Below, in pieces: positions 1-13,033 of a stretch of 64,000 bases of DNA. The number at the start of each line of letters is the position of its first letter. Position 1 is the first letter of the stretch. The DNA is from Ostrea edulis. Its lineage: Eukaryota. The notes beneath the pieces are model-generated. The model searched no databases. It was not told the origin of the DNA and saw only the letters and a program-made list of their open reading frames with translations. The DNA lies in NCBI RefSeq assembly GCF_947568905.1, contig NC_079166.1:88536001-88600000 (forward strand), read 5' to 3'. The translations under genes and the position numbers were made by a program.

Positions 1-20
1 TCTTAAATGTAAAGGAGATC

Positions 21-208
21 NNNNNNNNNNNNNNNNNNNNNNNNNNNNNNNNNNNNNNNNNNNNNNNNNNNNNNNNNNNNNNNNNNNNNNNNNNNNNNNN
101 NNNNNNNNNNNNNNNNNNNNNNNNNNNNNNNNNNNNNNNNNNNNNNNNNNNNNNNNNNNNNNNNNNNNNNNNNNNNNNNNNNNNNNNNNNNNNNNNNNNN
201 NNNNNNNN
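21..208. other. Assembly gap (188 N)
   Basis: Run of N from 21 to 208; it lies 11 nt past the stop codon of the STI1-domain gene, so that 3' UTR is not visible. Confidence 0.99.
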
Positions 209-219
209 TCTCTGGTCCC

Positions 220-3200
220 CTAGGTCTGGAGCTGAAGCAGGCCACACTGCACCAGTTGGTTGATCTTCCCCCTCAACTCTAAGTCAGCAGTTTGTAATAT
301 CCTGAAAATGTCAGAAATCAAAACCTGATTCACCTAATGATTACAAAATACCGACAGAGATCTCTGTCTTGCTTTGTGTAGAGGAATCATTAGACAGGAG
401 CTAGGACAGATGTGACGTTAGAAAACTTCAACCTTTCCTTTACCTGAAAGCTGATAAATATGACTGAATTTTATTCCCAGTTTCACTTGTTGTGCCCCCC
501 CCCCCCCCTCCATTCCTTGTAGTAACACTACTACAATCCTGGAAGTTGTATAACCAGAGACAGTAACAATTAATTACAAGTTAATTACAATTAATCAATT
601 AATTACAAGTTAATTACAATTAATCAATTAATTACAAGTTCATTACAATTAATCAATTAATTACAAGTTCATTACAATTAATCGATTAATTACAAGAAGC
701 CAACACAGGCAGAATGGGCATTCTATATAGTTTATTTACCACAGACTAGGAATTGCTACTGTGTTATGAATTGTTATTGTGTATGGGGGAGGGGTGTGTG
801 TGTGTGTGTAACATTTCCTTATTGTGTACCGGGGGGTTGGGGGGTTGGGGGGGGGGGGGGGGGTTAACATTTCCTTATTGTTAACCGGGGTGTGTGTGTG
901 TGTGTAACATTTTCTTATTGTGTACCGGGTGTGTGTAATATTTCCTTATTGTGGTGTACCGGGGGGGGGGGAAACAGACATTTCCTTATTGTGTACCGGG
1001 GGGGAGGGGGAGGGGGGGAAAAGAAACATTGCCTTTAATATTGTGTACCGGGGTTAACATTTCCTCATTGTGTACCGGCGGGGGTAACATTTCCTTATTG
1101 TGTACCAGGATAACATTTCCTTATTGTGTACCGGGGTAACATTTCCTAATTGTGTAACATTCTCAGATTGGAACTACAATGCTTATGCAAAATTTGACAA
1201 TCCTACAAACAGGTCTCAAAGAATTAATAAAATTCGCAATAAAGCATCAAATTTTTTATAATTTATGATAAATAATTTCCTCTAAGAATGTGTTAAGATT
1301 AAAGCAATACAAGCTGTAACTGACGGCAAATAAATTGAAATATAAAAGAACAAATATCTAACATATTTCTGATTGAATATATATAGCTTAATAGAACCAG
1401 AGTGAATCTTTAGTAATAAACCCGTCAAATATGCAGAAAATATCGATTCATGAATCATTGTCATCCTGTCAGTAATTCCTGCTCATAATCTCCGATGCGC
1501 ATTGACCTCGAGGGTCACCAGTTCGGAAAAAGCGAAAAAGAGGCACTGAGCACGTGTCAGATTTGTAAATAATTTAACATGCCAATTTTATACAAAATTC
1601 ATTATCAAAATTTCATTTGAGTAGCACATTTGCGTAATCATTACTCTCTTCCACGTAGTGTCATTCATGAAACGATGTAAATTTTAAAACAAACAATGCG
1701 TCAGTTTCCGTCTTTGTATAAAACCTCGGCCTCAGCAACCCGATTACGTTCGGCAATGTCCGTGTATACGACACAATGGCGGTTTATACGAAACGCTCAT
1801 TGTAGGTGTGCTCTCAAACAATATTCCCTTGTTTATTTTGCTGAATTTTTCTTGAGATCTAGGGGGTTATATTAGTTATACCGATAGGTGTTATGTAATG
1901 CATAATTGAATAGTTGAAAAAATACTACCAGTTACAGCTTGTATTGCTTTAAATATCAAACATGTATTAAATTATCATATATATATGTCTAAAAAATTTA
2001 ATAATTTCCTCTAAGAACGTGTTCAGAAAATATCAAACACATGTATACATCAAATCATCATACGATTCAAACACAGAATATTAGCATACCTTGCTCCTTC
2101 ACTAGGATTGAATTTCAGAGTTTCAATCAGCTTCATAACTTTAGGATCCATTAATATGTTACGGATCTCTGGATTGGCTAAAATATCCTGCATCCTCCTT
2201 TCATCTTCTGCAGTAGGCTGATTGGGATTGGTGGAGCTCCTCACTGACATGTCAGCGCCCTCTGTTGGTGACCTTGTGTATAGAGTCTCTGTGTTGCCTG
2301 GGTTGATTGTATGGGAGGGTTTAGCCTTGGCTTCATGGACCTCGGATTCAGAGTTAAGTTCCACGATTTTACTTGGTGGAGCAGGTTTGCTTGGTTTTGC
2401 AGTTTTGTCTTGATCATCAGCTAAACCAGTGAAGTGTTCTCCTGAGAATAAAGACTACAGTTTATAAAATTGACCTGTCCAAATGCTTTGATCACTAAAG
2501 ACCTCACAGTAGATTTTAAATTCTTTGGACTAGTAAAATGATTGATATGACTAAATCTGTAGAAAACAAATTTTGAAAACTCTAAAAGATTGTGACAGTT
2601 ACCTCCCTTACTTTATTAAACCTATCTTGCATAACTCCACTAAACACTCTTTTACAAGATCCTGTTTACAAACCAACACACAAACAAACAGGAAAACTAA
2701 TACACCAACAAACACACAAACAAACAGGAAATAGACACACAGACAATGAGAAACACAAACAATCAGACACACAAACAAACAAGAAACAAATAAACCAACA
2801 AACATACAAACAAACAGGAATCAGACACACAGACAGACAAGAAAACAAATACACACACAGACACACAATCAAACAAGAAACAAATACACTAACAGACACA
2901 CAAACAATCAGACACACAATCAAACAAGAAACAAATACACAAAGGTTTTTAATATGTTCTTTATACAGGTTTATAATGTCTTTGCTATGTTGATTATTTA
3001 CCCATGATTTTGCAGAATGAGGTGAGGAATTCCTGGATTTCCTTCTCGTCTTTGTACCGCTCCATGGCTTTGACTGGATCTGCTTGAAACTGGTTCACGG
3101 CCTCAACATATTTCTTATCTCCTAGCTTCTTGAACAGTTTGTCATTTGACTCGATCTTTTTCATAAGGCCATCCGTCAGCCATTCGTCTGTAAGAAAGAC

Positions 3201-6200
3201 AGATGCACGGTCAGCTCTAATAACTCACATTCAACATTACATTCCATGTAATATGTTTGATGATGTGATCGTTGAGACGAACATGACTCTTAACATCTTG
3301 CAACATGATTTTAGAGATTTGATCTGCCTATTCATTTAAGGCAGGAAATATCACACAGTTGATGTAAACAGTGTATTGTGATGTCATATTTAGCTTCACT
3401 TATTTTTCTTTCAAATCATTATTAACAGCAACAAAACTTACAAGGTACGTGCTGACTTGTCAGATTACAGATAAATGCTAATCTGTACTGTTTGTCACCA
3501 GGCTTCTATAACTAGAGCCACACAGACACACAATCACAGTTTGCACGTCTGAGTGGTTGACAGCAGACAATGTCAAGCTTCTGTCAGTCATGGAAAGAGA
3601 CGAATAACCAAGAGTTGTTAAAAACCAATGGAAGATTGGCTGTTGGAATACACACATGAAATGAACACGTCATTAAAATTTACTTGTGACTTTAATTCGT
3701 TTTTATGAGGCTGTAAGTTAATGGTATGTATTGGTGGAAGATTTGGTGAAAAATTGGTGTATTATGATGTTATATATTTTGACACACTATATATCGGTAG
3801 CCGAGCTTACTGCTATTTGCAATACATCATCCGTGATTTAATATTTTTTCAAAGCAAGTGAAACTAACATAATTCACGGAGTGTCATTAAGATAAATTCT
3901 AGGTGAAGAAAGTACGATAGCTCTGGAGTGACAGCGACATTTTTCCAGAGCACTATGAGTAACCCTCATCATTTTTTAGCTGATGAAGAGCAAATTACGA
4001 GATTCATATGTATAATTTATTGGAGTGAGCTCGTTACATTTCTTTAAAAAGCTCACTATTACATTTAACATATTTACCTTTACTCTCTGCAATTTTTTGT
4101 GCCTCTTTCGTCAAAGTTTGCTGAACCTCTGGAAGTTTGTGACCTTTGTCAGCAGATTTCTGGGTTATATATGGCATCTCTGACGAACTCTTGACATTTG
4201 ACCCTGAAGATGAACTTTTGACCTTTGGCTTCGATGAACTGCTTCCTCCAAACAAGAACCCCTTCCTGAAGCCCCCAAAGTTCCCAGGGTCAGATTTTGA
4301 GGATGCAGTGTTGACAGGTTTTTCACTTTTTCCTGCAGGGCTCTGCACTGACTTCTCCAACTTTTTCTAAACATAACAAAAATAAAGATCATAAAGAATG
4401 CTATAAACATCAAAAACATCTACTAGTGACACCATCAGACATCAAATCTACTAGTGACACCATCAGACATCAAATCTAATAGTGACACCATCAGACATCA
4501 AATCTACTAGTGAGTACGTCAGTCATCAAATCTACTAGTGACAACATCATACATCAAATCTACTAGTGACACCATCAGACATCAAATCTACTAGTGACTA
4601 CATTATACATCAAATCTACTAGTGACACCATCAGACATCAAATCTACTAGTGACACCATCAGACATCAAATCTACTAGTGACTACATCAGACATCAAATC
4701 TACTAGTGACACCATCAGACATCAAATCTACTAGTGACACCATCAGACATCAAATCTACTAGTGACACCATCAGACATCAAATCTACTAGTGACACCATC
4801 AGACATCAAATCTACTAGTGAGTATGTCAGACATCAAATCTACTAGTGAGTATGTCAGACATCAAATCTACTAGTGACAACATCAGACATCAAATCTACT
4901 AGTGACAACATCAGACATCAAATCTACTAGTGACAACATCAGACATCAAATCTACTAGTGACAACATCAGACATCAAATCTACTAGTGAGTAGGTCAGTC
5001 ATCAAATCTACTAGTGACTACATCAGTCATCAAATCTACTTGTGACTACATCAGACATCAAATCTACTAGTGACAACATCAGACATCAAATCTACTAGTG
5101 ACAACATCAGACATCAAATCTACTAGTGACAACATCATACATCAAATCTACTAGTGAGTAGGTCAGTCATCAAATCTACTAGTGACTACATCAGTCATCA
5201 AATCTACTAGTGACTACATCAGACATCAAATCTACTAGTGACAACATCAGACATCAAATCTACTAGTGACAACATCATACATCAAATCTACTAGTGAGTA
5301 GGTCAGTCATCAAATCTACTAGTGACTACATCAGTCATCAAATCTACTAGTGACTACATCAGACATCAAATCTACTAGTGACAACATCAGACATCAAATC
5401 TACTAGTGACAACATCAGTCATCAAATCTACTAGTGACACCATCAGACATCAAATCTACTAGTGACACCATCAGTCATCAAATCTACTAGTGACAACATC
5501 AGACATCAAATCTACTAGTGACAACATCAGACATCAAATCTACTAGTGACAACATCATACATCAAATCTACTAGTGACAACATCATACATCAAATCTACT
5601 AGTGAGTAGGTCAGTCATCAAATCTACTAGTGACTACATCAGTCATCAAATCTACTAGTGACTACATCAGACATCAAATCTACTAGTGACAACATCAGAC
5701 ATCAAATCTACTAGTGACAACATCAGACATCAAATCTACTAGTGACAACATCAGACATCAAATCTACTAGTGAGTAGGTCAGTCATCAAATCTACTAGTG
5801 ACTACATCAGTCATCAAATCTACTAGTGACTACATCAGACATCAAATCTACTAGTGAGTACATCAGACATCAAATCTACTAGTGACAACATCAGACATCA
5901 AATCTACTAGTGACAACATCAGACATCAAATCTACTAGTGACAACATCAGACATCAAATCTACTAGTGACAACATCAGACATCAAATCTACTAGTGACAA
6001 CATCAGACATCAAATCTACTAGTGACAACATCAGACATCAAATCTACTAGTGAGTAGGTCAGTCATCAAATCTACTAGTGACTACATCAGTCATCAAATC
6101 TACTAGTGAGTATGTCAGTCATCAAATCTACTAGTGACTATGACAGTCATCAAATCTACTAGTGAGTATGTCAGTCATCAAATCTACTAGTGACTATGTC

Positions 6201-9200
6201 ACACATCAAATCTACTATGGACTATGTCAGTCATCAAATCTACTAGTGTGTAGGTCAGTCATCAAATCTACTAGTGAGTACGTCAGACATCAAATCTACT
6301 AGTGAGTACGTCAGACATCAAATCTACTAGTGACTACATCAGTCATCAAATCTACTAGTGAGTACATCAGTCATCAAACCTACTAGTGACTACATCAGAC
6401 ATCAAATCTACTAGTGACTACATCAGACATCAAATCTACTAGTGAGTAGGTCAGTCATCAAATCTACTAGTGACTACATCAGTCATCAAATCTACTAGTG
6501 ACTATGACAGTCATCAAATCTACTACTGAGTACGTCAGTCATCAAATCTACTTGTGACTATGTCACACATCAAATCTACTATGGACTATGTCAGTCATCA
6601 AATCTACTAGTGAGTATGTCAGACATCAAATCTACTAGTGTGTAGGTCAGACATCAAATCTACTAGTGAGTAGGTCAGACATCAAATCTACTAGTGACTA
6701 CATCAGACATCAAATCTACTAGTGAGTATGTCAGTCATCAAATCTACTAGTGAGTATGTCAGTCATCAATATCTACTAGTGAGTACATCAGACATCAAAT
6801 CTACTAGTGAGTAGGTCACACATCAAATCTACTAGTGACTACATCAGACATCAAATCTACTAGTGAGTATGTCAGTCATCAAATCTACTAGTGAGTATGT
6901 CAGTCATCAATATCTACTAGTGAGTACATCAGACATCAAATCTACTAGTGAGTACATCAGACATCAAATCTACTAGTGACTACATCAGTCATCAAATCTA
7001 CTAGTGAGTACGTCAGTCATCAAATCTACTAGTGACTACATCAGTCATCAAATCTACTAGTGAGTATGTCAGTCATCAAATCTATTAGTGACTACATCAG
7101 ACATCAAATCTACTAGTGAGTATGTCAGACATCAAATCTACTAGTGAGTAGGTCAGACATCAAATCTACTAGTGAGTAGGTCACACATCAAATCTACTAG
7201 TGACTACATCAGACATCAAATCTACTAGTGAGTATGTCAGACATTAAATTTACTAGTGAGTATGTCAGACATCAAATCTACTAGTGACTACATCAGTCAT
7301 CAAATCTACTAGTGAGTATGACAGTCATCAAATCTACTAGTGACTATGACAGTCATCAAATCTACTAGTGACTACATCAGACATCTAATCTACTAGTGAC
7401 TACATCAGACATCAAATCTACTAGTGACTATGACAGTCATCAAATCTACTAGTGACTATGACAGTCATCAAATCTACTAGTGAGTACGTCAGACATCAAA
7501 TCTACTAGTGACTACATCAGACATCAAATCTACTAGTGACTACATCAGACATCAAATCTACTAGTGACTACATCAGTCATCAAATCTACCATTGTGATGT
7601 TCAGAGTCTGGCCTTTGTGTTAGTTTGTGATGTTTAGAGGTTAGCCTTTGTGATGTTCAGAGTCTGACCTTTGTGATATTTAGAGGTTAGCCTTTGTGAT
7701 GTTCAGAGTCTGGCCTTTGTGATGTTCAGAGTCTGACCTTTGTGATGTTCAGAGTCTGGCCTTTGTGATGTTCAGAGTCTAGCCTTTGTGATGTTCAGAG
7801 TCTGACCTTTAGAGATGTTCAGAGGTTAGCCTTTGTGATGTTCAGAGTCTGGCCTTTGTGATGTTCAGAGTCTGGCCTTTGTGATGTTCAGAGTCTGACC
7901 TTTGTGATGTTCAGAGTCTGACCTTTATAGATGTTCAGAGGTTAGCCTTTGTGATGTTCAGAGTCTGGCCTTTGTGATGTTCAGAGTCTAGCCTTTGTGA
8001 TGTTCAGAGTCTGGCCTTTGTGATGTTCAGAGTCTGACCTTTGTGATGTTCAGAGTCTGACCTTTAGAGATGTTCAGAGGTTAGCCTTTGTGATGTTCAG
8101 AGTCTGGCCTTTGTGATGTTCAGAGTCTGACCTTTGTGATGTTCAGAGTCTGACCTTTGTGATGTTCAGAGTCTGACCTTTGTGATATTTAGAGGTTAGC
8201 CTTTGTGATGTTCAGAGTCTGGCCTTTGTGATGTTCAGAGTGTGGCCTTTATAGATGTTCAGAGGTTAGCCTTTGTGATGTTCAGAGTCTGGCCTTTGTG
8301 ATGTTCAGAGTCTGACCTTTGTGATGTTCAGAGTCTGACCTTTGTGATGTTCAGAGTCTGACCTTTGTGATGTTCAGAGTCTGACCTTTGTGATGTTCAG
8401 AGTCTGACCTTTGTGATGTTCAGAGTCTGACCTTTGTGATGTCAGTCTTACCTCAGTATCTTTATCATGGAGACCGTTCTGTGGAACTCGTCCCCTGGGG
8501 GAGGAGTCAGCTGGTTGTTTGATGTGTGACCTATCAGCCTTTGACCTAATGACCTCTGCTTGCTTCAGAATGTCAGACATATCCTCCAGTGGAGGAACAT
8601 CATCTAAAAAATAAAAATGTCTGGATTAATTTCGTAAAGAAAACAAATCTGTTGTATATTGTTATAAAGAGAGAAAGAGAAAAGTAGAACTACCTCAAGT
8701 AAGCCATGGCATGATATGGTTTTCATGTGTTGTTTATAGGTCATTGGTGATTACCCACTACACAGCAAACTGTGTTAAAACTAGAACTGTCCTAATGGGA
8801 CTAATACCCCCCGTATAAGTGTATATTCTACAGTACAGCAGTACATGAAATATTAAAAATATGCTTAATATAAACAATGAATACTATTTGGCACATTTTA
8901 GGCTGTATGATTGCAAATCCCTGGTCAACTCATCTAGTCTTTAGTTTATATTCACTTTGTTAAAGATCATTATGTTATGCTAACTTTACTTTGTCATTGA
9001 TTTTGTCAGTAAATAAATGACATTAGCTCAAGTATTGGTATTATTGTAATCTTTTCCACTGGTATAACAACTCTAAGTAGCTGCAATAAAGGCAGTTTAC
9101 TATGAATCCCATTGCCAGGGATAGTTGAGATTATAAATATTATCTGAAAAATAAGTATTCAACACACATGAGCCACTTTATGTTTTACCGAGAAGTCACA

Positions 9201-12200
9201 AGATTGCAGATACAGTATGTGGATGCCAAACCAGAAAATGTCCGTAACTTCCATAACTGTTAAAATATTTCAATGAAAATAGAAGATGCACAACTACATT
9301 ATATGTATAAGATGAGAATAAAGTTTGAATCAAATCTGTTCAATGATATTAGAATTAAACTCTGGACAAAGTGTGCAACCCCCAAAATGAAAAGAAAATG
9401 TGCGTAACTTCTATAACTGTTAAAATATTTCAATGAAAATAGGAGATGCACAACTACATAATATATAGAATATGTGCATAAAGTTTGAATGAAATATGTC
9501 CAGTGGTATTAGAAATAAACTTCGGACAAATTGTGTCTACGGACAGACGGACGGACAGACGGACGGACAAAGTGATTCCAGTATACCCCCCAAACTTCGT
9601 TTGCGGGGGTATAAAAACAAATGCATGTGATAAACATTTGTATACCAGTCACCTGCCTTCATCTATAGACATTTGATAGTCACCTGACACTAGTCACATG
9701 CCTTCATCTATAGACACGTGATAACAGTCACCTGACACTATAGTCACATACCTTCATCTATAGACACATGATACCAGTCACCTGACACTAGTCACATGCC
9801 TTCATCTATAGACACGTGATAACAGTCACATGACACTATAGTCACATACCTTCATCTATAGACACATGATACCAGTCACCTGACACTTGTCACATGCCTT
9901 CATCTATAGACACGTGATACCAGTCACCTGACACTTGTCACATGCCTTCATCTATAGACACATGATAACAGTCACTTGACACTATAGTCACATGCCTTCA
10001 TCTATAGACACGTGATAACAGTCACTTGACACTAGTCACATGCCTTCATCTATAGACACATGATAACAGTCACTTGACACTAGTCACATACCTTCATCTA
10101 TAGACACATGATAACAGTCACTTGACACTAGTCACATGCCTTCATCTATAGACATGTGATAACAGTCACTTGACACTTGTCACATGCCTTCATCTATAGA
10201 CATGTGATAACAGTCACTTGACACTAGTCACATGCCTTCATCTATAGACACATGATAGTCACCTGACACTATAGTCACATGCCTTCATACACAGACACCA
10301 GTCACCTGACACTAGTTTTCATCCTTTGTAGTTTTCCTCCGATTTCTGGATCATATATATTCTAAGATTTACCAGCTAAATTTTCACCTGATGTCAGTTT
10401 GAGGACACATGATACACTTCACATATTAACACGATGCACTTATTCATTCTAATTAAGCAATAGCATTCCACCTGCTACACGAAGATTTAATAAGTTTGAC
10501 TCTGGAACACACTCCATCATGGGATACTGCAACCTCAGATTTCTCTGAAATGGACTGTCAGATCCACGCAGACACAAATTCATTAAAATCATATACAGAC
10601 ACCATTTTTTTCAAGGCATTACTGTAATAGTCCTCTCCCTAGAACTCTCCATATTTGTCAGACATCAACTAATAACAACCACACACAGCCCTGTCGGTTT
10701 TCTGGTGGAACTGACAAAGTCAGGGGACCCGGGTTTGAATCTCAGCCTGTGTAACACAATCCTACTGTCTGTGACTTTAAGAACTTGAGATTTCTTAGTT
10801 TTCTGTTGTTATTTCTAAGTCATAGTCCATTAGCATTATACCTCAAGATTAAGAATCACAAGACCTACAGTATCAACAATGTAATATAATGAGAACAGGA
10901 AAATTTAGAATTGTCACCTGATGTTAGAAATATCACTGTATCAATACGGAGTGAAGGATATACGCTGCAGCATACTGCTGATATGCTAAACATTCGCTGT
11001 GAAACAGTTTTTGATGTGATTGTAAGATTTAAGAAAATGGGAAGCACAGAAAACAAATCTCCAAGCGGGTGACCACTGATTCTTGTTCCCAGAGATGAAC
11101 GATCTCTAGTGAGCCTTGTTCACAGAGATGAACGATCTCTAGTGAGGCTGGTTCACAGAGATGAACGATTTCTAGTGAGGCTGGTTCCCAGAGATGAACG
11201 ATTTCTAGTGAGGCTGGTTTGAAATAATCATAAAACTCCTCTCAGTCATTTAACCAACAGATTTAATCGACACAGACCTACACAGTCAAGTATCTCAATG
11301 AACTGCACAGAGATGTTTCTATTACAAGGGTACCACAGGAGAAAGTGAGGAAAAAAGGGAAGCGAACCATAAAAAGAGACTGAACTAGCACAGGGGTAAG
11401 ATGAGGTGGAATGTAAATGGTTAGTGGGACGAATTAATCTTTTCTGACAAAAGTTAAGTTATTTTGGGTGCAAACAAGAGGATTTTCCGATGACACTGCA
11501 AGGATGAAGCCTCATCTCTCTACTGTGTGTGTCCCCCATTCCAGCGAAAAGTCAGTGTAATGATTTGAGGTTGTCCATTGCTGTGGATGGTACTTGGAAA
11601 ATAATCACACAGCATTTCCCCCGACCAAAACTTCTGTCAAGATGACAAGTCAGTGCCCCTATACATAGAGCCAGAGATGTTGAGATTGAAATATTGTGCT
11701 GAACACAGGATTGTTGCTGAACTTTCACATGCCATTATACAGAAGTGTTGACTGTTGATTATATACGGGGGTTCTACAGATCGTTGCCAAGGCATTTGAG
11801 AAAAGTTATCAGGGTGATGGATGAAATGACAAAGTATACTGAACACAGGTACGTCTTTTTAGTACATTTTCCCCATGTAGACAATCCCCTAATGCAACGA
11901 AAAGAAATGTAAAATTTTGCCATTGACTTGTGTATGTCTGTAGGTAGTCCGAAATATCTGACCTTTTCCTGGCTTTTTTTTATGATTTTGATATTTACTC
12001 TGCCAGGAAAACGTCAGAACGTAAACTGGAAATTTCGCTACCTCCAGCTGGAAGCGGCATTCAGGGGCCGATTTTAAATACTTCCAAGCCGAATTCAATG
12101 TTAAACTCACAACTTACACTTTTTACTGATCAATAAAACGATGTTTCTTGTGCTTACTATAATATTGATTATATGGGGTTCTTTCATCACATAGTCTCTT

Positions 12201-13033
12201 GAAAACATTTAACAAATTGTCGACCTTTGTTTTGAGTCACGTGACTCGATCGCTCAAATGACAGCAAAAATTTGGTTGAATACAATTGTGTGCTTCTGTT
12301 ATCGAATTTTCGAGCGATATTTTTTAATCGATGCAATAGTAAAGTACAAGAAGCATCGTTTCATTGATTAGTTGCGAGTTTAAAATTAAGTTCGGTTTGT
12401 AAGTGTTTAATATTGGCACAAGAACGCCGCTTCGAGCTGGAGGCAGTGAAATTTCCAATTTTTGTAATGGCGCTGGTTCTGACATTTTCCTGGCACAGTA
12501 AATATCAAACTCATAAAAAAAGCCTAGTCTCATTAAACCAGACACTCTACTGTCTCCACAAATTTCCGACGAGCAGAGATTTTTGGAGAGAGCCGAGAGT
12601 CTGGTTGCATGAGACTAAAAAAAAAGACAGGAAAATGTCAGATGTTTCGGACTAATCTGTAGACTAGTGTAGTGTACTAAGGTTGCCCGAATGGCGATTC
12701 AAAATTCTGACAAGTGTCGAACCCTTTGCATGCACTATTCCTCTTTAAATACATGTCAATATTGTTTGTTTTATGGGAGTAATTTCTGCATGATCAACTT
12801 TGTCTGTTAGGCATGTTACTCCATGTTTCCATTGTTTATATATCGTCATGAACCATTAAACATTTGTTTCTCTTTACAACACCTAAAACTAGTGAGTCGC
12901 GTTATACATTATCAAAATCAACACAACGATAAAATCATGTGACAAGTCCTGTGGTCAGTTAGGGTCAGTCTGACCAACAACAAAAACAAATGATATCAAA
13001 ACGCGTCCATAACAACACTTTACCTTCCTCCAT
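220..13033 (-). CDS. STI1/HOP DP-domain protein without TPR, 356 aa, 6 coding exons: 13033-13024, 8603-8452, 4366-4078, 3187-3002, 2441-2090, 301-220
   Basis: All five introns are GT-AG with matching phases (1,0,1,1,2); CDS 1071 nt. Protein starts MEEDDVPPLEDMSDILKQ, contains GGFRKGFLFGG, a first STI1-like helical repeat (EWLTDGLMKKIESNDKLFKKLGDKKYVEAVNQFQADPVKAMERYKDE..FCKIMGEHF) and ends in a DP2-like domain (MQDILANPEIRNILMDPKVMKLIETLKFNPSEGARILQTADLELRGKINQLVQCGLLQLQT*). This resembles the DP..KIQKL..GL C-terminus of STIP1/HOP. Confidence 0.88.
568..697. repeat. AATT-rich tandem repeat (TTAATTACAA/TTAATCAA units)
   Basis: About 4 copies of ttaattacaagttaattacaattaatcaa seen directly. Confidence 0.85.
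790..1160. repeat. Minisatellite TAACATTTCCTTATTGTGTACC(G)n with variable poly-G/GT spacers
   Basis: About 10 copies of the constant core separated by G-runs of variable length, in intron 5 of the STI1-domain gene. Confidence 0.85.
1303..1948. mobile_element. Non-autonomous DNA transposon (MITE), Kolobok-like
   Basis: Perfect 20-bp TIR AGCAATACAAGCTGTAACTG (1303-1322) / CAGTTACAGCTTGTATTGCT (1929-1948), flanked by TTAA on both sides. AG..CT termini with a TTAA TSD fit Kolobok. Confidence 0.75.
2660..2945. repeat. AC-rich low-complexity repeat (ACAAAC/ACACAG units)
   Basis: Degenerate CAAACAAACAGGAA/CAGACACACAA units; they account for the spurious ORFs at 2592-2993. Confidence 0.8.
4420..7590. 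repeat. 28-bp minisatellite CATCAAATCTACTAGTGA-(10 variable nt), about 113 copies
   Basis: Constant 18-nt core plus variable decamer (CACCATCAGA, CAACATCAGA, CTACATCAGT, GTAGGTCAGT, GTATGTCAGA); lies in intron 2 of the STI1-domain gene. Confidence 0.97.
7591..8445. repeat. 23-bp minisatellite TGTGATGTTCAGAGTCTGRCCTT, about 37 copies
   Basis: Directly abuts the 28-mer array and runs to within a few nt of the exon-2 donor at 8451; on the gene strand many units read AAAG|GTCAGA. Confidence 0.95.
8777..9615 (+). mobile_element. Non-autonomous Helitron/Helentron-like element with two ~160-bp core repeats
   Basis: Begins AAAACTAGAACTG; internal repeat at ~9240-9330 and ~9402-9490; (GACG/GACA)n microsatellite; 3' hairpin TACCCCCCAAAC-TTC-GTTTGCGGGGGTA. 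This architecture is typical of bivalve HINE-type elements. Confidence 0.6.
9640..10315. repeat. ~50-52-bp minisatellite CACATGCCTTCATCTATAGACACGTGATAACAGTCACCTGACACTA(TA)GT, about 13 copies
   Basis: Tandem copies seen directly in intron 1 of the STI1-domain gene. Confidence 0.92.
11083..11220. repeat. 33-bp tandem repeat TTCMCAGAGATGAACGATYTCTAGTGAGGCTGG, about 4 copies
   Basis: Seen directly. Confidence 0.85.
11935..12670. mobile_element. MITE with long imperfect inverted arms (~11935-12060 vs ~12420-12670)
   Basis: Left arm TAGTCCGAAATATCTGACCTTTTCCTGGC..CCAGCTGGAAGCGGCATTC is the reverse complement of the right arm GAACGCCGCTTCGAGCTGG..GGAAAATGTCAGATGTTTCGGACTA. The ORF pair 11889-12110(-) and 12413-12655(+) mirror each other for this reason. 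Confidence 0.6.
12525..12617. mobile_element. 93-bp palindromic mini-element, TAGTCT..AGACTA termini, ~10-bp TSD
   Basis: TIR TAGTCTCATTAAACCAGAC / GTCTGGTTGCATGAGACTA (17/19); flanks AAAAAAAGCC and AAAAAAAGAC; it interrupts the right arm of the surrounding MITE. Confidence 0.6.

Noticed and set aside
4420-7590. CRISPR-like constant repeat with variable spacer
   Set aside because: The spacers are only 10 nt and are point variants of one another; the context is a eukaryotic intron and there are no cas genes.
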